This document shows, piece by piece, positions 38,109 through 49,011 of a stretch of DNA of 64,000 bases. Position 1 is the first letter of the stretch; each line of letters opens with the position of its first letter. Source of the DNA: a virus. The stretch is taken from positions 1-64,000 of the IMG/VR virus record IMGVR_UViG_3300034105_003151. The stretch is one strand, 5' to 3'. Below the pieces are notes generated by a model. The model saw only the letters and a program-made list of their open reading frames with translations. It was not told the DNA's origin and ran no database searches. Both the position numbers and the translations under genes were made by a program.

Positions 38109-38343
38109 TATTCTAATATGGATAGTTTATGGATTATTTGTTGGAAGTATAGCAAAAAGCTTGGTTTCTGGCGATGAAAACTTCGGATTTTGGAAAACTA
38201 TAGCTTTGGGGGTTGCGGGAAGTTACGCAGGAGGTATTATATCGTACCTGCTCAACCTAGGACCGATGGAACCCACAGGGGTTATTCTAGGTGTTTTGGG
38301 AGCGGTCATATCCCTAATCCTATATAAAAAATTAGATACCTAA
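38101..38343 (+). CDS. GlsB/YeaQ/YmgE transglycosylase-associated membrane protein
   Basis: WIVYGLFVGSIAK...TIALGVAGSYAGG...GVLGAV. Confidence 0.8.
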   Translation: MFNILIWIVYGLFVGSIAKSLVSGDENFGFWKTIALGVAGSYAGGIISYLLNLGPMEPTGVILGVLGAVISLILYKKLDT

Positions 38344-38349
38344 AACACA

Positions 38350-38832
38350 ATGCGGAACAGACCAGATTGGACTTCTTACTTCCTTGGATTAGCCAAGGTT
38401 GTTTCTCAGCGTAGTCATGATGTTGATACACAGCATGGTTGTATAATAACAGATTCCTCTCATAATATTATAGGAACAGGATATAATGGTTTTGCTAGAG
38501 GAGGAAAGAGAGATGATACTCTACCTTTAACTAGACCAGAAAAATATTCATGGATGTTACACTCTGAAAGAAATGCTCTGGCTAATTGTGTAGTTAGACC
38601 AACTGGCGGCATCGCGTATGTAACAGGTCAATGCTGTAATGATTGCATTCAAGCCCTCTGGCAGCACGGCATAGACACTGTTTATATGATTGACGCTCAC
38701 GGATCGCATCTTTTAAATAACGCCGAACAGAAGGCAATATTCAGTAGATTTGTTGAGGATCATGATATCAAGATACATTATGTTAATCCAGATTTGTCTT
38801 GGTTGAAAACCCTAATCGATGGTGTATCCTGA
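38350..38832 (+). CDS. dCMP deaminase
   Basis: RPDW, GTGYNG, HSERNA, CNDC. Confidence 0.88.
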   Translation: MRNRPDWTSYFLGLAKVVSQRSHDVDTQHGCIITDSSHNIIGTGYNGFARGGKRDDTLPLTRPEKYSWMLHSERNALANCVVRPTGGIAYVTGQCCNDCIQALWQHGIDTVYMIDAHGSHLLNNAEQKAIFSRFVEDHDIKIHYVNPDLSWLKTLIDGVS

Positions 38833-38855
38833 CTTATTAAATAAAGGAGACAATC

Positions 38856-39830
38856 ATGATTTTCAACGAACAAATTTCTCGTAAGCCCGACTACTATCCT
38901 TGGACTCAAGAGTTCATGACTGCTATGCATAATGGTCATTGGACTCATACAGAGTTCACTTTTAGCAGCGATATACAAGATTTTAAGGTACATCTTTCTG
39001 ATATAGAAAAAGATATCATTATTCGCGCTCTATCTACTATCGGTCAATTAGAAATCAGTGTTAAAAAATTCTGGGCCAAACTCGGAGATAATCTCCCTCA
39101 TCCATCCATAAATGATATGGGATATGTTATGGCTAATATTGAAGTTATTCATGGCGATGCTTATGAAAGGCTATTGGAAGTTTTAGGTATTGATGGTAGT
39201 TTTGAAGAAATACTTGAACTAGATATTGTTAAAGGTAGAGTCAATTACTTACGCAAGCATCTTCATAAATTTCATTCTGATAATAAAAAGCAGTTTATTT
39301 ATTCTTTAATTCTGTTTACATTATTTGTAGAGAATATTGCTCTGTTTTCACAGTTTTATACTATCAGTTGGTTTATGAAGTATAAAAACTTACTAAAGGA
39401 CACTAATAAACAAGTAGAATATACCAGCAGAGAAGAAAACCTTCATGCACAAATTGGTATTAAGTTAATTAATGTTCTAAGATCAGAATATCCCGAACTA
39501 TTCGACGATGAACTCAAGAAAAAAATAGAATATGAAGCCAAAGAAGCAGTTAAATACGAGTGCGAGATTATCGAATGGATTGTGAATGGTTATAACCATG
39601 AATATCTTAATAGTACTCTTCTAGAACAATTTATCAAAAATAGAATGAATGAATCTCTAGTTCAAATTGGATATGATAAAGCTTTTGATATTAATGAACA
39701 AGAACTAGCTAAAACTATATGGTTTGATGAACAGGTATTGGGTAATGGCAAAACAGACTTTTTTCATAGCAAGCCTGTAGAATATTCTAGACACGGCCAG
39801 AGTTTTGATGAAACAGATTTATTCTCTTAA
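38856..39830 (+). CDS. nrdB: class I ribonucleotide reductase beta subunit
   Basis: EVIHGDAY, VENIALFSQF, REENLH, DFF. Confidence 0.93.
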   Translation: MIFNEQISRKPDYYPWTQEFMTAMHNGHWTHTEFTFSSDIQDFKVHLSDIEKDIIIRALSTIGQLEISVKKFWAKLGDNLPHPSINDMGYVMANIEVIHGDAYERLLEVLGIDGSFEEILELDIVKGRVNYLRKHLHKFHSDNKKQFIYSLILFTLFVENIALFSQFYTISWFMKYKNLLKDTNKQVEYTSREENLHAQIGIKLINVLRSEYPELFDDELKKKIEYEAKEAVKYECEIIEWIVNGYNHEYLNSTLLEQFIKNRMNESLVQIGYDKAFDINEQELAKTIWFDEQVLGNGKTDFFHSKPVEYSRHGQSFDETDLFS

Positions 39831-39858
39831 TATAATTTAAACTAGAAACTAAGCATCT

Positions 39859-41514
39859 ATGAATGACAAAAAATATTACTGGCTTAACACTAATAGCAGA
39901 ACCTTCTTAAAAAGAGACTATTTATTAGAAGGTGTTACTCCAGAACAAAGAATAAGAGAAATAGCAGAGAATGCTGAGAAGATACTCAAAATAAAAGGTT
40001 TTGCCGATAAGTTCGAAGACTATATGAGTAGAGGATTTTACTCATTAAGTACTCCTGTGTGGACTAACTTTGGAACAAAAAGAGGTTCTCCTGTTAGTTG
40101 TTTTAATTCTTATATTCCAGATACCATGCACGGCATTTTACAAAAAACTGCTGAAATTGGTATGATGAGTAAAATTGGTGGGGGAACTAGTGGATATTTT
40201 GGTGATGTTCGCCCTAGAGGCGCTATTATAAAATCTGACGGAGGTCAATCTAGTGGCCCCGTTCATTTTATGGAACTATTTGATAAGGCCGCAGAAGTAG
40301 TTTCTCAAGGTTCCACCAGAAGAGGTTCTTTTGCTGCATATTTACCAATAGATCATCCAGATATTGAAGAATTCTTACAGGTTCGTTCAGAAGGTCATCC
40401 TATCAAAAATATGAGTATCGGAGTAACAATCTCCGATGAATGGATGAAATCTGCCAAAGATGGAGATAAGGAAAAACGTAAAATTTGGGCGAAGGTGATA
40501 AAGAAAAGATTTGAATCGGGATACCCATATTTATTCTTTACAGATAACGCAAATAACCAAGCTCCACAAGTATATAAAGATAAAAATCTACTAATAAATG
40601 CTAGTAATCTTTGTACAGAAATCTTTTTACCCTCTAATGATTACTGGTCATTTGTATGCGTTCTATCTTCTTATAATCTTGCTATGTGGGATGAAATTGT
40701 TAAAACAGATGCTATAGAAGTCTTAATTTATTTCCTAGATGCAGTTGATGAAGAGTTTATAACTAAATGCGAGGGTGTTCCCTTCATGGAATCTGCATAT
40801 AATTTTGCAAAAGATAATAGGGCATTGGGTGCGGGCGTGTTAGGATGGCATACGTTACTCCAAACTAAAATGATTCCTTTTGACAGTATGCAGGCCAAAC
40901 TTTTAAATACCTCTATCTGGAAGACCATCAGAGAGCGAACAGACAAAGCTACTGTCGAACTGGCTCAAATTTTTGGTGAACCTCCGATACTTAAGGGTTA
41001 TGGTCGTAGAAACACAACAACATTAGCAGTCGCTCCTACTACTTCTAGTTCATTTATATTAGGTCAAGTAAGTCCTAGTATTGAACCATATAATAGTAAT
41101 TATTATGTCGAAAAATTAGCTAAAGGCAACTTTACGATTAAGAATCCTCAACTCAAAAAACTTCTTAAAGAAAAGAATAAAAATACAGAAGAAGTATGGA
41201 AAGATATTTTAGTTCGCGGAGGATCAGTTCAACATCTTAGTTTCTTAACGCAAGAAGAAAAAGATGTATTCAAAACTTTTGGTGAGATTAGTCAAAAAGA
41301 AATTGTTATTCAAGCCGCCCAAAGACAAAAATATATTGATCAGGGAATATCTCTCAATCTAACAATACCACCCACCTGTTCTGCAAAAGAAGTTAGTGAT
41401 CTGTTATTTTTTGGATGGGAAAATGGAATTAAGAGTTTTTATTATCAAAGATCGGCTAATCCTGCCCAAGAGTTAATGCGTAATATTTCAAATTGTACAT
41501 CATGTGAAGGATAA
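39859..41514 (+). CDS. nrdA: class I ribonucleotide reductase alpha subunit (no ATP cone)
   Basis: STPV, VSCF, SQGSTRRG, SNLCTEI, APTTSS, YYQR, C-terminal CTSCEG. Confidence 0.93.
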   Translation: MNDKKYYWLNTNSRTFLKRDYLLEGVTPEQRIREIAENAEKILKIKGFADKFEDYMSRGFYSLSTPVWTNFGTKRGSPVSCFNSYIPDTMHGILQKTAEIGMMSKIGGGTSGYFGDVRPRGAIIKSDGGQSSGPVHFMELFDKAAEVVSQGSTRRGSFAAYLPIDHPDIEEFLQVRSEGHPIKNMSIGVTISDEWMKSAKDGDKEKRKIWAKVIKKRFESGYPYLFFTDNANNQAPQVYKDKNLLINASNLCTEIFLPSNDYWSFVCVLSSYNLAMWDEIVKTDAIEVLIYFLDAVDEEFITKCEGVPFMESAYNFAKDNRALGAGVLGWHTLLQTKMIPFDSMQAKLLNTSIWKTIRERTDKATVELAQIFGEPPILKGYGRRNTTTLAVAPTTSSSFILGQVSPSIEPYNSNYYVEKLAKGNFTIKNPQLKKLLKEKNKNTEEVWKDILVRGGSVQHLSFLTQEEKDVFKTFGEISQKEIVIQAAQRQKYIDQGISLNLTIPPTCSAKEVSDLLFFGWENGIKSFYYQRSANPAQELMRNISNCTSCEG

Positions 41515-41519
41515 ATTAT

Positions 41520-41882
41520 ATGGGAAATCCGTTTATAGACCAAAAAAGATTCATGCAAGCCTGCGATCAAAGCGTATCAATATATGATCCCGCACAATTC
41601 GATCTTTATGTTAATCTTATGAGAGAAGAATGGGACGAATTAAATACGGCTATTGCAGAAGAAGATAAGGTAGAAACATTGGATGCCTTGATTGATTTTA
41701 TAGTTGTTACTGTTGGTGCTATTCATTCTATGGGTGCCAATGCTCAGGGTGCTTGGGATGAAGTAATGCATACTAATTTTGCTAAAGTAGATAATGATAC
41801 TGGTAAGGTAAGAAAAAGAGAAGATGGAAAGGTTTTAAAGCCAGATAATTGGAAAGCTCCAGATCTGAAACCCTTTATATAG
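41520..41882 (+). CDS. MazG-like NTP pyrophosphohydrolase
   Basis: EEWDEL, DALID, EVMHTNFAK, REDGKVLKP. Confidence 0.85.
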   Translation: MGNPFIDQKRFMQACDQSVSIYDPAQFDLYVNLMREEWDELNTAIAEEDKVETLDALIDFIVVTVGAIHSMGANAQGAWDEVMHTNFAKVDNDTGKVRKREDGKVLKPDNWKAPDLKPFI

Positions 41883-41946
41883 TCGGTGTATTACATACTG
41901 AGTCCTGTACTAATTAACTGCCTTATTTTATAGAAAAGGGTGGGCA

Positions 41947-42684
41947 TTGAAAAAAAACACCAACAGAAAAGCATCTAAGAAAAGAGTTATCGACCTAACT
42001 AATGAAATTAAAGGTAAAGAACTCACAAGGACATTTAGACAGACTTTAAGACCTCGTACTGAAAATCAAAAAGAATACATTAGAAGTATTGTAGAGAATG
42101 ATATAGTTATTTGTCAAGGATTAGCAGGTACGGGTAAAACCCACATAGCTATCGGTTTAGCACTAGAATATCTAATGGCTGATAAGGTTAAAAAGATCAT
42201 CATTACTAGACCGTGTGTAGAATCAGGCGAAAAAATGGGCTATCTACCGGGTTCAGCAGAAGAAAAGCTACATCCTTATCTATTGCCAATTTTAGATGAA
42301 ATTATGCACTTTATTAGTAAAGACCTTTATAATTCATTCAAGTTACATGAGAAGATTGAAATTGTACCACTTGCTCATATGAGAGGTCGTAACTTTCATC
42401 ATTCTTTTATTGTGGCTGACGAGTGTCAAAATGCTAAATACAAACAATTGAAAATGCTCTTGACAAGACTAGGCATGGGCAGTAAAATGATTCTGACAGG
42501 TGATGTTGGACAATCAGACCTAGATTGGAGAGACGCTGGAGGTTTCTCAACTGTGTTAAATGAACTAAGAACAATTGATCGTCTTGATATCGTCCAATTA
42601 CACGCATCAGATATTGTTAGAAATCCTATAATAGCAAGCATACTATCTAGACTAGATACTTATGAACAAACATCGAAAGGTTAA
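41947..42684 (+). CDS. phoH: PhoH-like ATPase
   Basis: GLAGTGKT, RP, GYLPG, MRGR, DECQN, TGDVGQSD. Confidence 0.92.
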   Translation: MKKNTNRKASKKRVIDLTNEIKGKELTRTFRQTLRPRTENQKEYIRSIVENDIVICQGLAGTGKTHIAIGLALEYLMADKVKKIIITRPCVESGEKMGYLPGSAEEKLHPYLLPILDEIMHFISKDLYNSFKLHEKIEIVPLAHMRGRNFHHSFIVADECQNAKYKQLKMLLTRLGMGSKMILTGDVGQSDLDWRDAGGFSTVLNELRTIDRLDIVQLHASDIVRNPIIASILSRLDTYEQTSKG

Positions 42685-42695
42685 TTTGATTTAAA

Positions 42696-43256
42696 ATGAA
42701 AATTGGTCACTCAAAGTGTTTGGTTTTAAATTCTGATTATACTCCAATGAGGATTATAGATTGGAAACGGGCACAAAAGTGGTATGCAAAGTATTTTGAA
42801 ACACCACTAGGTATTGAATTTATTGATTTCTATAAAGACGATTTTATCACTCGTTCTGGAAACAGATATGAACCAATACCAGCGATAGCTAAAACATTAT
42901 CTTATTTCGCTATGAAACACGGGGAAGTTAAGTTCTCTAGAAAAAACCTATTCACTAGAGATGATTTTACCTGTCAGTATTGTGGTGCAAAATTTGATGA
43001 TTTTAAGAAACTAACTTATGATCATGTAATTCCTAGATCAAAGTGGGATAAGAATACTTCACCTACAACTTGGACCAATATCGTGACAGCCTGCTATCCA
43101 TGTAATTCTAAGAAAGACAGTATGACACTTAAAGAAGCGGGTATGAAACTAAGAAATCTACCTAAAAAGCCATCGGGCGGTAAGAAGTATCTTGCTATCT
43201 ATGAATTCCTAGACAACATGACTAATATTCCAGAAGAATGGAAGCCATATGTCTGA
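42696..43256 (+). CDS. HNH endonuclease
   Basis: LVLNSDY, RDDFTCQYCG, DHVIPRS, NIVTACYPCN. Confidence 0.88.
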   Translation: MKIGHSKCLVLNSDYTPMRIIDWKRAQKWYAKYFETPLGIEFIDFYKDDFITRSGNRYEPIPAIAKTLSYFAMKHGEVKFSRKNLFTRDDFTCQYCGAKFDDFKKLTYDHVIPRSKWDKNTSPTTWTNIVTACYPCNSKKDSMTLKEAGMKLRNLPKKPSGGKKYLAIYEFLDNMTNIPEEWKPYV

Positions 43257-43363
43257 TAATGAAAAAAAGAAGATAAGAGAACAGGCGATATTAAGATGGA
43301 AAATAATGGGAGCCGCATCGTCAACAAAATACTGGACCGAAATACATAATAAGAAAGATTAAT

Positions 43364-43756
43364 ATGCCAGAGTACACTTTTGTTTGCGAAAAATGCAACC
43401 ATAAATTCACAGATATCTTATCATTCTCACAATACGATGCCAAGGCATATAAGTGTGAAAAATGTAAAAACAAAAAACTAAACAGATGCTACCAAGATGA
43501 CTGTATTAATATCGCTGGTTCTATAAAAAAGTCTGATAGTGAATTAGGCACTGTTGGAGATTTAGCAGATAGAAATAGAGATAGAATGAGCGAAGACCAT
43601 AAGGAACATCTATTTAGAAAACATAATGAATACAGATTCAATAAACCAGACGATCCGCTACCAACAGGAATGAGTAGGTTAAAAAAGCCCTCAAAAAGAA
43701 AATGGAAATGGACAGAGAATCAGACAACCAGCAAGAAAAGAAAGAAGTTAAGCTAG
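43364..43756 (+). CDS. FmdB-family zinc ribbon protein
   Basis: MPEYTFVCEKC...CEKC. Confidence 0.75.
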   Translation: MPEYTFVCEKCNHKFTDILSFSQYDAKAYKCEKCKNKKLNRCYQDDCINIAGSIKKSDSELGTVGDLADRNRDRMSEDHKEHLFRKHNEYRFNKPDDPLPTGMSRLKKPSKRKWKWTENQTTSKKRKKLS

Positions 43757-45235
43757 AAGAATTACATGAGATAATTTCTCCACAAGAAATGGAACAGTTC
43801 TATATCTTACTAGAAAAAATGCAAAAACTATCTAGTGCGGTAGAAAACTCTAACGAATCCTCTTCTGAAAAACCTTCTAGTATCACAATTACTGTTAATG
43901 CTTCATTAATCAAACAGGGTGAATCAGTCACAGTAGCGGACGAATTATTAGAAAAAATTCAAAAACATTATCAGATACCTATCTATGATAATAGTGATGA
44001 GTTTTTAATAAAACTATTTTCATCTATAGAAATTTCTCTGGAAAAGACCTGTTCAGAATACTTTATTAATCAAAAGAAGGGGAACAATGAGTGAATTTGC
44101 AATTAATCATCAGGAAGAATATCTTAAAGACGTAGAATATTTTACTGTACTTGGTAGTCAGGAATATTTGGATAATGATAAAAATCCACGAATAACAACA
44201 GACAACAACAAAGTACTTGCTAAAAGAATACATTATTACAATAGCGAAAAACAAATAGTTAAATCAAAGACTCGTCACTTGATAAAGGTGGGGGCACATG
44301 GTAGAATATATAATCCTATTGGACTGTATACAGAAGGTAGAGCAAATGTTGTAAATAAAAAAATAGGTAGAGAAGAATTTAGAATGAAAGAAGTAAATGA
44401 AAATACCTTTAATCTTTATTTATCTTTTCTGAGAACAAAAAATCCCGGTCATCTTACTTTAGCAGAAAGAGGAATGCAATGAAGAAAATAGAAAAATACG
44501 CCATATTATATTTGGCTCTGTCTGGTAAAGAAGCGGAACAGATATCTAAGGAGCTAAAACTACCCATCAAAGCAGTGCAAAAAATAGTAGAAGAAACACA
44601 AAAGGTTGTGGAAACTGTTGTTGCAGAGAAGGATAATCCTACAAATCTTAATAAACCAGATAAGTTTATGATTAAACAAAGCGTTGCTGGTAAAGATCGT
44701 GGTGTTGCTGTTATGACACAGCAAGCATCTATGTTAGGAGACGCTTTAATGAAGAACATAGATCGTACAAGTAACAGATCTACTGATCATATTTTTAGAC
44801 CGAAGGGTTAATGTGGCTAAAAAATATCCATCGAAATACTCCAATGGCAAAGAAGTGTCCGCTGCTCAATATATTACAGAGGTCATATGTGAGAAAAAAG
44901 CCCAGTATGAACGAAAAGACTTGCATTATCGTTTTTGGGTGAGTAAAGAATGGTCTGCTTATTATCGTAATCAAATAGCATCAGCCCACAAACTATTAAA
45001 ACAGTTTAGTGAAACAGCTATTGTAAAAGCATTATATCACGATAAAGCATCCAGAATTTACTCTTTGCGGGCACCTCACTTGCTTCCTATAATAAAAGAG
45101 GAGCAGGATAGGCTGGATGCAATGCCAGCACCAGTTGTTCCCAAAATAGACAGATTCGCTAATTCTGTTGGAAAAAATAGAACAGTCAAAAAGAACTCAC
45201 TAGATATATTAAGGGACATAGATAATGGGAATTAA
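43702..45235 (+). CDS. four hypothetical proteins (43702-44094, 44087-44482, 44479-44811, 44813-45235)
   Basis: Tightly coupled ORFs upstream of recA. Confidence 0.55.
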
Positions 45236-46229
45236 AGAGACTATTACAAAGGAATTTGGCGATAATGTAATCATAGGAGGCAACCATCTTGTAGAAAAGA
45301 AATTAACTGTTATTCCTGTTAGTCCCGCAGTAGATATGATTTTGGGTGGAGGTATTCCAGAAGGTAGTTTTGTAACATTTACGGGTCAACCAAAATGCGG
45401 CAAAACATTAACCAGTTTAGATTTTGCATCTAATGCACAGAAAAAAGAATATGGTTCTCGCCCCGTGTACTATCTAAACATTGAGGGTCGTTTAAAACGC
45501 CGCGATCTCTTAGGTATCAAGGGATTAGACCTAGAGAATTTCAATATCATAGAATCTACTCAGGGTAATATCTTAACTGGTGAAAAATATCTAGAAATAG
45601 CCACCCAGATCATCAGCACTGTCCCTAACTGTATAATGATCATAGACTCATACTCTGCTATTTGTACAGAAGCAGAGATGACAAGTGGAATGGATAAAAT
45701 GCAACGAGCCGATGGTGCAAAACTCTTATCAAAGTTCTGTAGAAAAGCGGCCAACATCATTCCAGTCAACAAGAATATTGTCATTGGTATTACTCACTTA
45801 ATGGGTAATCCAACAGGATATGGTGCAGAATTTAAAGAGAAGAGTGGTCAATCTATCGGTTATCAATGCGATGTAAAGCTTCGTGCCAAAACATCTAAGC
45901 CTTGGTTATTAGGTACAGAGAATATTGAAATAGGAAAAGAAGTTGAATGGAAAGCAGAGTGGACAGCCATAGCTCCCCCTGGTGGTATTTGTACAAGTTA
46001 TATCAGATACGGTCAAGGGATTGATAGATATATGGAGATTATTGTATTAGGTTGCGATTTGGGTTTAATTGATAAGGCTGGTGCTTGGTATACACTATCT
46101 TATTTAGGGGATGAAACGAAAGCTAAGTTTCAGGGTACTGAAAAGATAAGAAATTTCTTACTAGAAAACGAAGAAGCTTATAATAAACTATTCAACGAAA
46201 TTCAAAAGATGATGGGGTTTACTAAGTGA
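45225..46229 (+). CDS. recA: RecA/UvsX recombinase
   Basis: LGGGIP, GQPKCGKT, IIDS, YGQGID, IDKAGAWY. Confidence 0.9.
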   Translation: MGIKETITKEFGDNVIIGGNHLVEKKLTVIPVSPAVDMILGGGIPEGSFVTFTGQPKCGKTLTSLDFASNAQKKEYGSRPVYYLNIEGRLKRRDLLGIKGLDLENFNIIESTQGNILTGEKYLEIATQIISTVPNCIMIIDSYSAICTEAEMTSGMDKMQRADGAKLLSKFCRKAANIIPVNKNIVIGITHLMGNPTGYGAEFKEKSGQSIGYQCDVKLRAKTSKPWLLGTENIEIGKEVEWKAEWTAIAPPGGICTSYIRYGQGIDRYMEIIVLGCDLGLIDKAGAWYTLSYLGDETKAKFQGTEKIRNFLLENEEAYNKLFNEIQKMMGFTK

Positions 46230-46624
46230 TTAAAGTACGCGATCTAGATAATAATCTTATCAACTGGAATATTAATGGATGCTATCCGGGTAATGCTGCT
46301 AAATCTAGTTATCACTTATCGGCTAGGTCTTTAATCAAAGACTGTTATCCAACTATGCAGATATTAGAAGAGGTTCCTGTTTATCTCAGAAAAAATGAAA
46401 TAGTATACCTTGATTTCTACATACCTTTATTAAAAAAGTGCATAGAAATACACGGTGAACAACATTATAAATACGTTCCTCATTTTCATGGCAATGTCCT
46501 ATCTTTTGCAAAAGCACAGAAAAGAGATAAGGATAAAAAATACTGGTGCGAATTGAATGGAATATCTTTTGTAGAACTAGCTTACGATAAACAAGAAGAA
46601 TGGAAGGAATGCGTAATCAAATGA
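46226..46624 (+). CDS. PD-(D/E)XK (DUF559/Vsr-like) endonuclease
   Basis: LDFYIP...IEIHGEQHY...RDKDK. Confidence 0.75.
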   Translation: MIKVRDLDNNLINWNINGCYPGNAAKSSYHLSARSLIKDCYPTMQILEEVPVYLRKNEIVYLDFYIPLLKKCIEIHGEQHYKYVPHFHGNVLSFAKAQKRDKDKKYWCELNGISFVELAYDKQEEWKECVIK

Positions 46625-47109
46625 GAACGGCAAAAGAAGATATCGCTTATTGGGATAATATTCTAGATGATTATGAAAAAAGCATAGGACTACCCAAATA
46701 CAATAAATCTGCATTACCAGAAGAAGAACTAGAGTCTTATCTAACAATGGATAGACAAGTATTGGAAAAATTGACAAAAGAGGGTTGTGCGGAGATATGT
46801 TATAGACTGGCTCAGTTTGGTTTTCACATCCAGCGAACAATCAACAGAGAACACGCTAGACATAATTGGGCAGAGAATGAGATTAAGAAAACTATCGCTG
46901 ATGAGATTCAACAACAAAAGGGTTATGGCTATGTTGAAAAATCATTACAAGCCATTAAACACAATGAGCGAGCTTCAGCGTTAGATAGTATTAGAATTTA
47001 TTCTCAACAAAGAATAGATAGATTGTCTTATTTAGCCGGTGGTATTAAAAACCTATCTGATGCCGTTAGAACTATAGAAATGAACAGGGTGAGAAATAAT
47101 GGACATTGA
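46621..47109 (+). CDS. helical hypothetical protein (possible recombination mediator)
   Basis: Helical ORF between recA and dnaB. Confidence 0.5.
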   Translation: MRTAKEDIAYWDNILDDYEKSIGLPKYNKSALPEEELESYLTMDRQVLEKLTKEGCAEICYRLAQFGFHIQRTINREHARHNWAENEIKKTIADEIQQQKGYGYVEKSLQAIKHNERASALDSIRIYSQQRIDRLSYLAGGIKNLSDAVRTIEMNRVRNNGH

Positions 47110-47530
47110 AAAATTAATAAAAGAAAATCCAGAACTATTACTAGCTATAGCAAATTTAATAGCCAAAGCTGGCGGGGATGAACAAGCGAATTCTGAACCT
47201 AAGCCTAAAAAAGCAAAACGTTCGCGTTCTAAAAAACCCGCCGTTAGTGTTGTAGAAGAAGATACTAAAATTAGGGTCAAGAGTACTAAATTCAGAAAGT
47301 CTAATAGACCAAATCTATTTGATAGTATGGAGATAAAAAACTCCCATAAGGCCGATGCTAAGACAGATAAAAAACTACTTAAAAATAGACGCCCATCAGA
47401 AAGAAGAGAAGCTCTGGATTTAATTAATGTAGTTTGTAGATGTTGTGGAAAAAAGGAAAAGATTAATCCCGGCATAGTTTACGATGTTGGAAGATATAAG
47501 TGCAATCAATGTTCTACGAGTAGTGGCTGA
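47099..47530 (+). CDS. basic zinc-finger protein
   Basis: CRCCG...CNQC. Confidence 0.6.
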   Translation: MDIEKLIKENPELLLAIANLIAKAGGDEQANSEPKPKKAKRSRSKKPAVSVVEEDTKIRVKSTKFRKSNRPNLFDSMEIKNSHKADAKTDKKLLKNRRPSERREALDLINVVCRCCGKKEKINPGIVYDVGRYKCNQCSTSSG

Positions 47531-47547
47531 TAACAGAAAGGTTTATT

Positions 47548-49011
47548 GTGAATATTCTAAGCGACCCATCGGCAGAACGAGCAGTATTAGCTATTATTTG
47601 CCGTCATGGTGATATAGCTTATACTGAAGTTGCTGATATTATTTGTGAACAGTCATTTACTATCGATAGTAATCTTATTATATTTAAGTGTATACAGAAA
47701 ATATGTAATAGTAATGAATCAAATCAAATAGACGTTGCCTCCATCTACTCTGCGGCAAAAGAACTTAATCTGGACCATAAGTTAGAAAAGAAAGAAGAAG
47801 TTCAACACCTAAAAGCTATTATCGATTTTCCTGCAAAAATAGAGAATCTGCGTAAGTTTGCCGCTAAAATCAAAAAGCTAGAAATTGCCCGAAAGCTCCA
47901 CGCTAAAGTAGAGCAGATCAAGGATAGGTTATTAGATATCGATGGGTCTGAATCTATTACTGAAATTATGAGTTTGGCAGAGGAGCCAATCCTAAGTTTT
48001 AGTACAACTCTAGATGACTCTGATAATAATCCGGTCCCTATTGCCACAAATCTGACCGAATATCTAAAACAACTTAAAGAAAATCCAACAGACCAAATTG
48101 GTATTTCTACAGGGTTTTCAGCTTATGATTTTGCTATTGGGGGCGGATTAAGAGGTGGTACTATTAATGTTGTGGGTGCCCGTCCTAAAACTGGTAAAAC
48201 AGTATTTGCTGATAATGTTGGTTGTCATATTGCTATTAATCTTAATATTCCTGTACTAAATCTAGATACAGAAATGACAAAAGAAGATCATCTTCATAGA
48301 ATATTAGCGATGTTAACAGAAATAGAAATCAATAAGATCGAAACTGGAAAGTTCGCAGAGTCATCTATTCTAGAGGCTAAGATCAATGATGCTGCTGAAA
48401 AATTAAGTAAAGCACCATTGTATATTAAGAGTATTGCCGGAAAAGCTTTTGATGAACAGCTTAGTCTTATGCGTAGATGGATTATCAAACAGGTGGGATT
48501 AAATAGTGATGGCACAGCTAAACCCTGTGTTATTATTTATGACTATCTGAAGCTTATGGATAGTGCGGGTATCTCCCAGGATATGAAAGAATATCAAATC
48601 CTTGGATTTATGATGACTCATTTACATAACTTCGCCCACAAATATAAAATTCCTATCCTAGCATTTATGCAGCTAAATAGAGATGGTATTACTAAAGAGA
48701 CTACAGACTCTGCCAGTATGTCTGATCGTATTATCTGGCTATGTAGTAATTTCAGTATTTTTAAGCGTAAGAGCGATGAGGAAATAGCTCAGGACGGACC
48801 TACAAATGGTAATAGAAAGCTAATTACCCTAATTGCTAGACATGGTGGAGGTCTTGATGACAACGATTATATTAATTGTCATATGAAGGGTTGGTGTGCG
48901 AAGATTACAGAAGGTAAAACAAAATTGGAACTGCTAGGAAATAATAATGGTGAAGACAATGGATTCAAAATGGACGGAGAACAATCAGGGGACGAAGTTC
49001 CGTTCGATTGA
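47548..49011 (+). CDS. dnaB: replicative DNA helicase DnaB
   Basis: AERAVL, GARPKTGKT, TEM, YDYLKLM, QLNR, ARHG. Confidence 0.92.
   Translation: MNILSDPSAERAVLAIICRHGDIAYTEVADIICEQSFTIDSNLIIFKCIQKICNSNESNQIDVASIYSAAKELNLDHKLEKKEEVQHLKAIIDFPAKIENLRKFAAKIKKLEIARKLHAKVEQIKDRLLDIDGSESITEIMSLAEEPILSFSTTLDDSDNNPVPIATNLTEYLKQLKENPTDQIGISTGFSAYDFAIGGGLRGGTINVVGARPKTGKTVFADNVGCHIAINLNIPVLNLDTEMTKEDHLHRILAMLTEIEINKIETGKFAESSILEAKINDAAEKLSKAPLYIKSIAGKAFDEQLSLMRRWIIKQVGLNSDGTAKPCVIIYDYLKLMDSAGISQDMKEYQILGFMMTHLHNFAHKYKIPILAFMQLNRDGITKETTDSASMSDRIIWLCSNFSIFKRKSDEEIAQDGPTNGNRKLITLIARHGGGLDDNDYINCHMKGWCAKITEGKTKLELLGNNNGEDNGFKMDGEQSGDEVPFD

Noticed and set aside
46771-46800. TTGACA as a promoter
   Set aside because: No -10 hexamer at 16-18 bp spacing.
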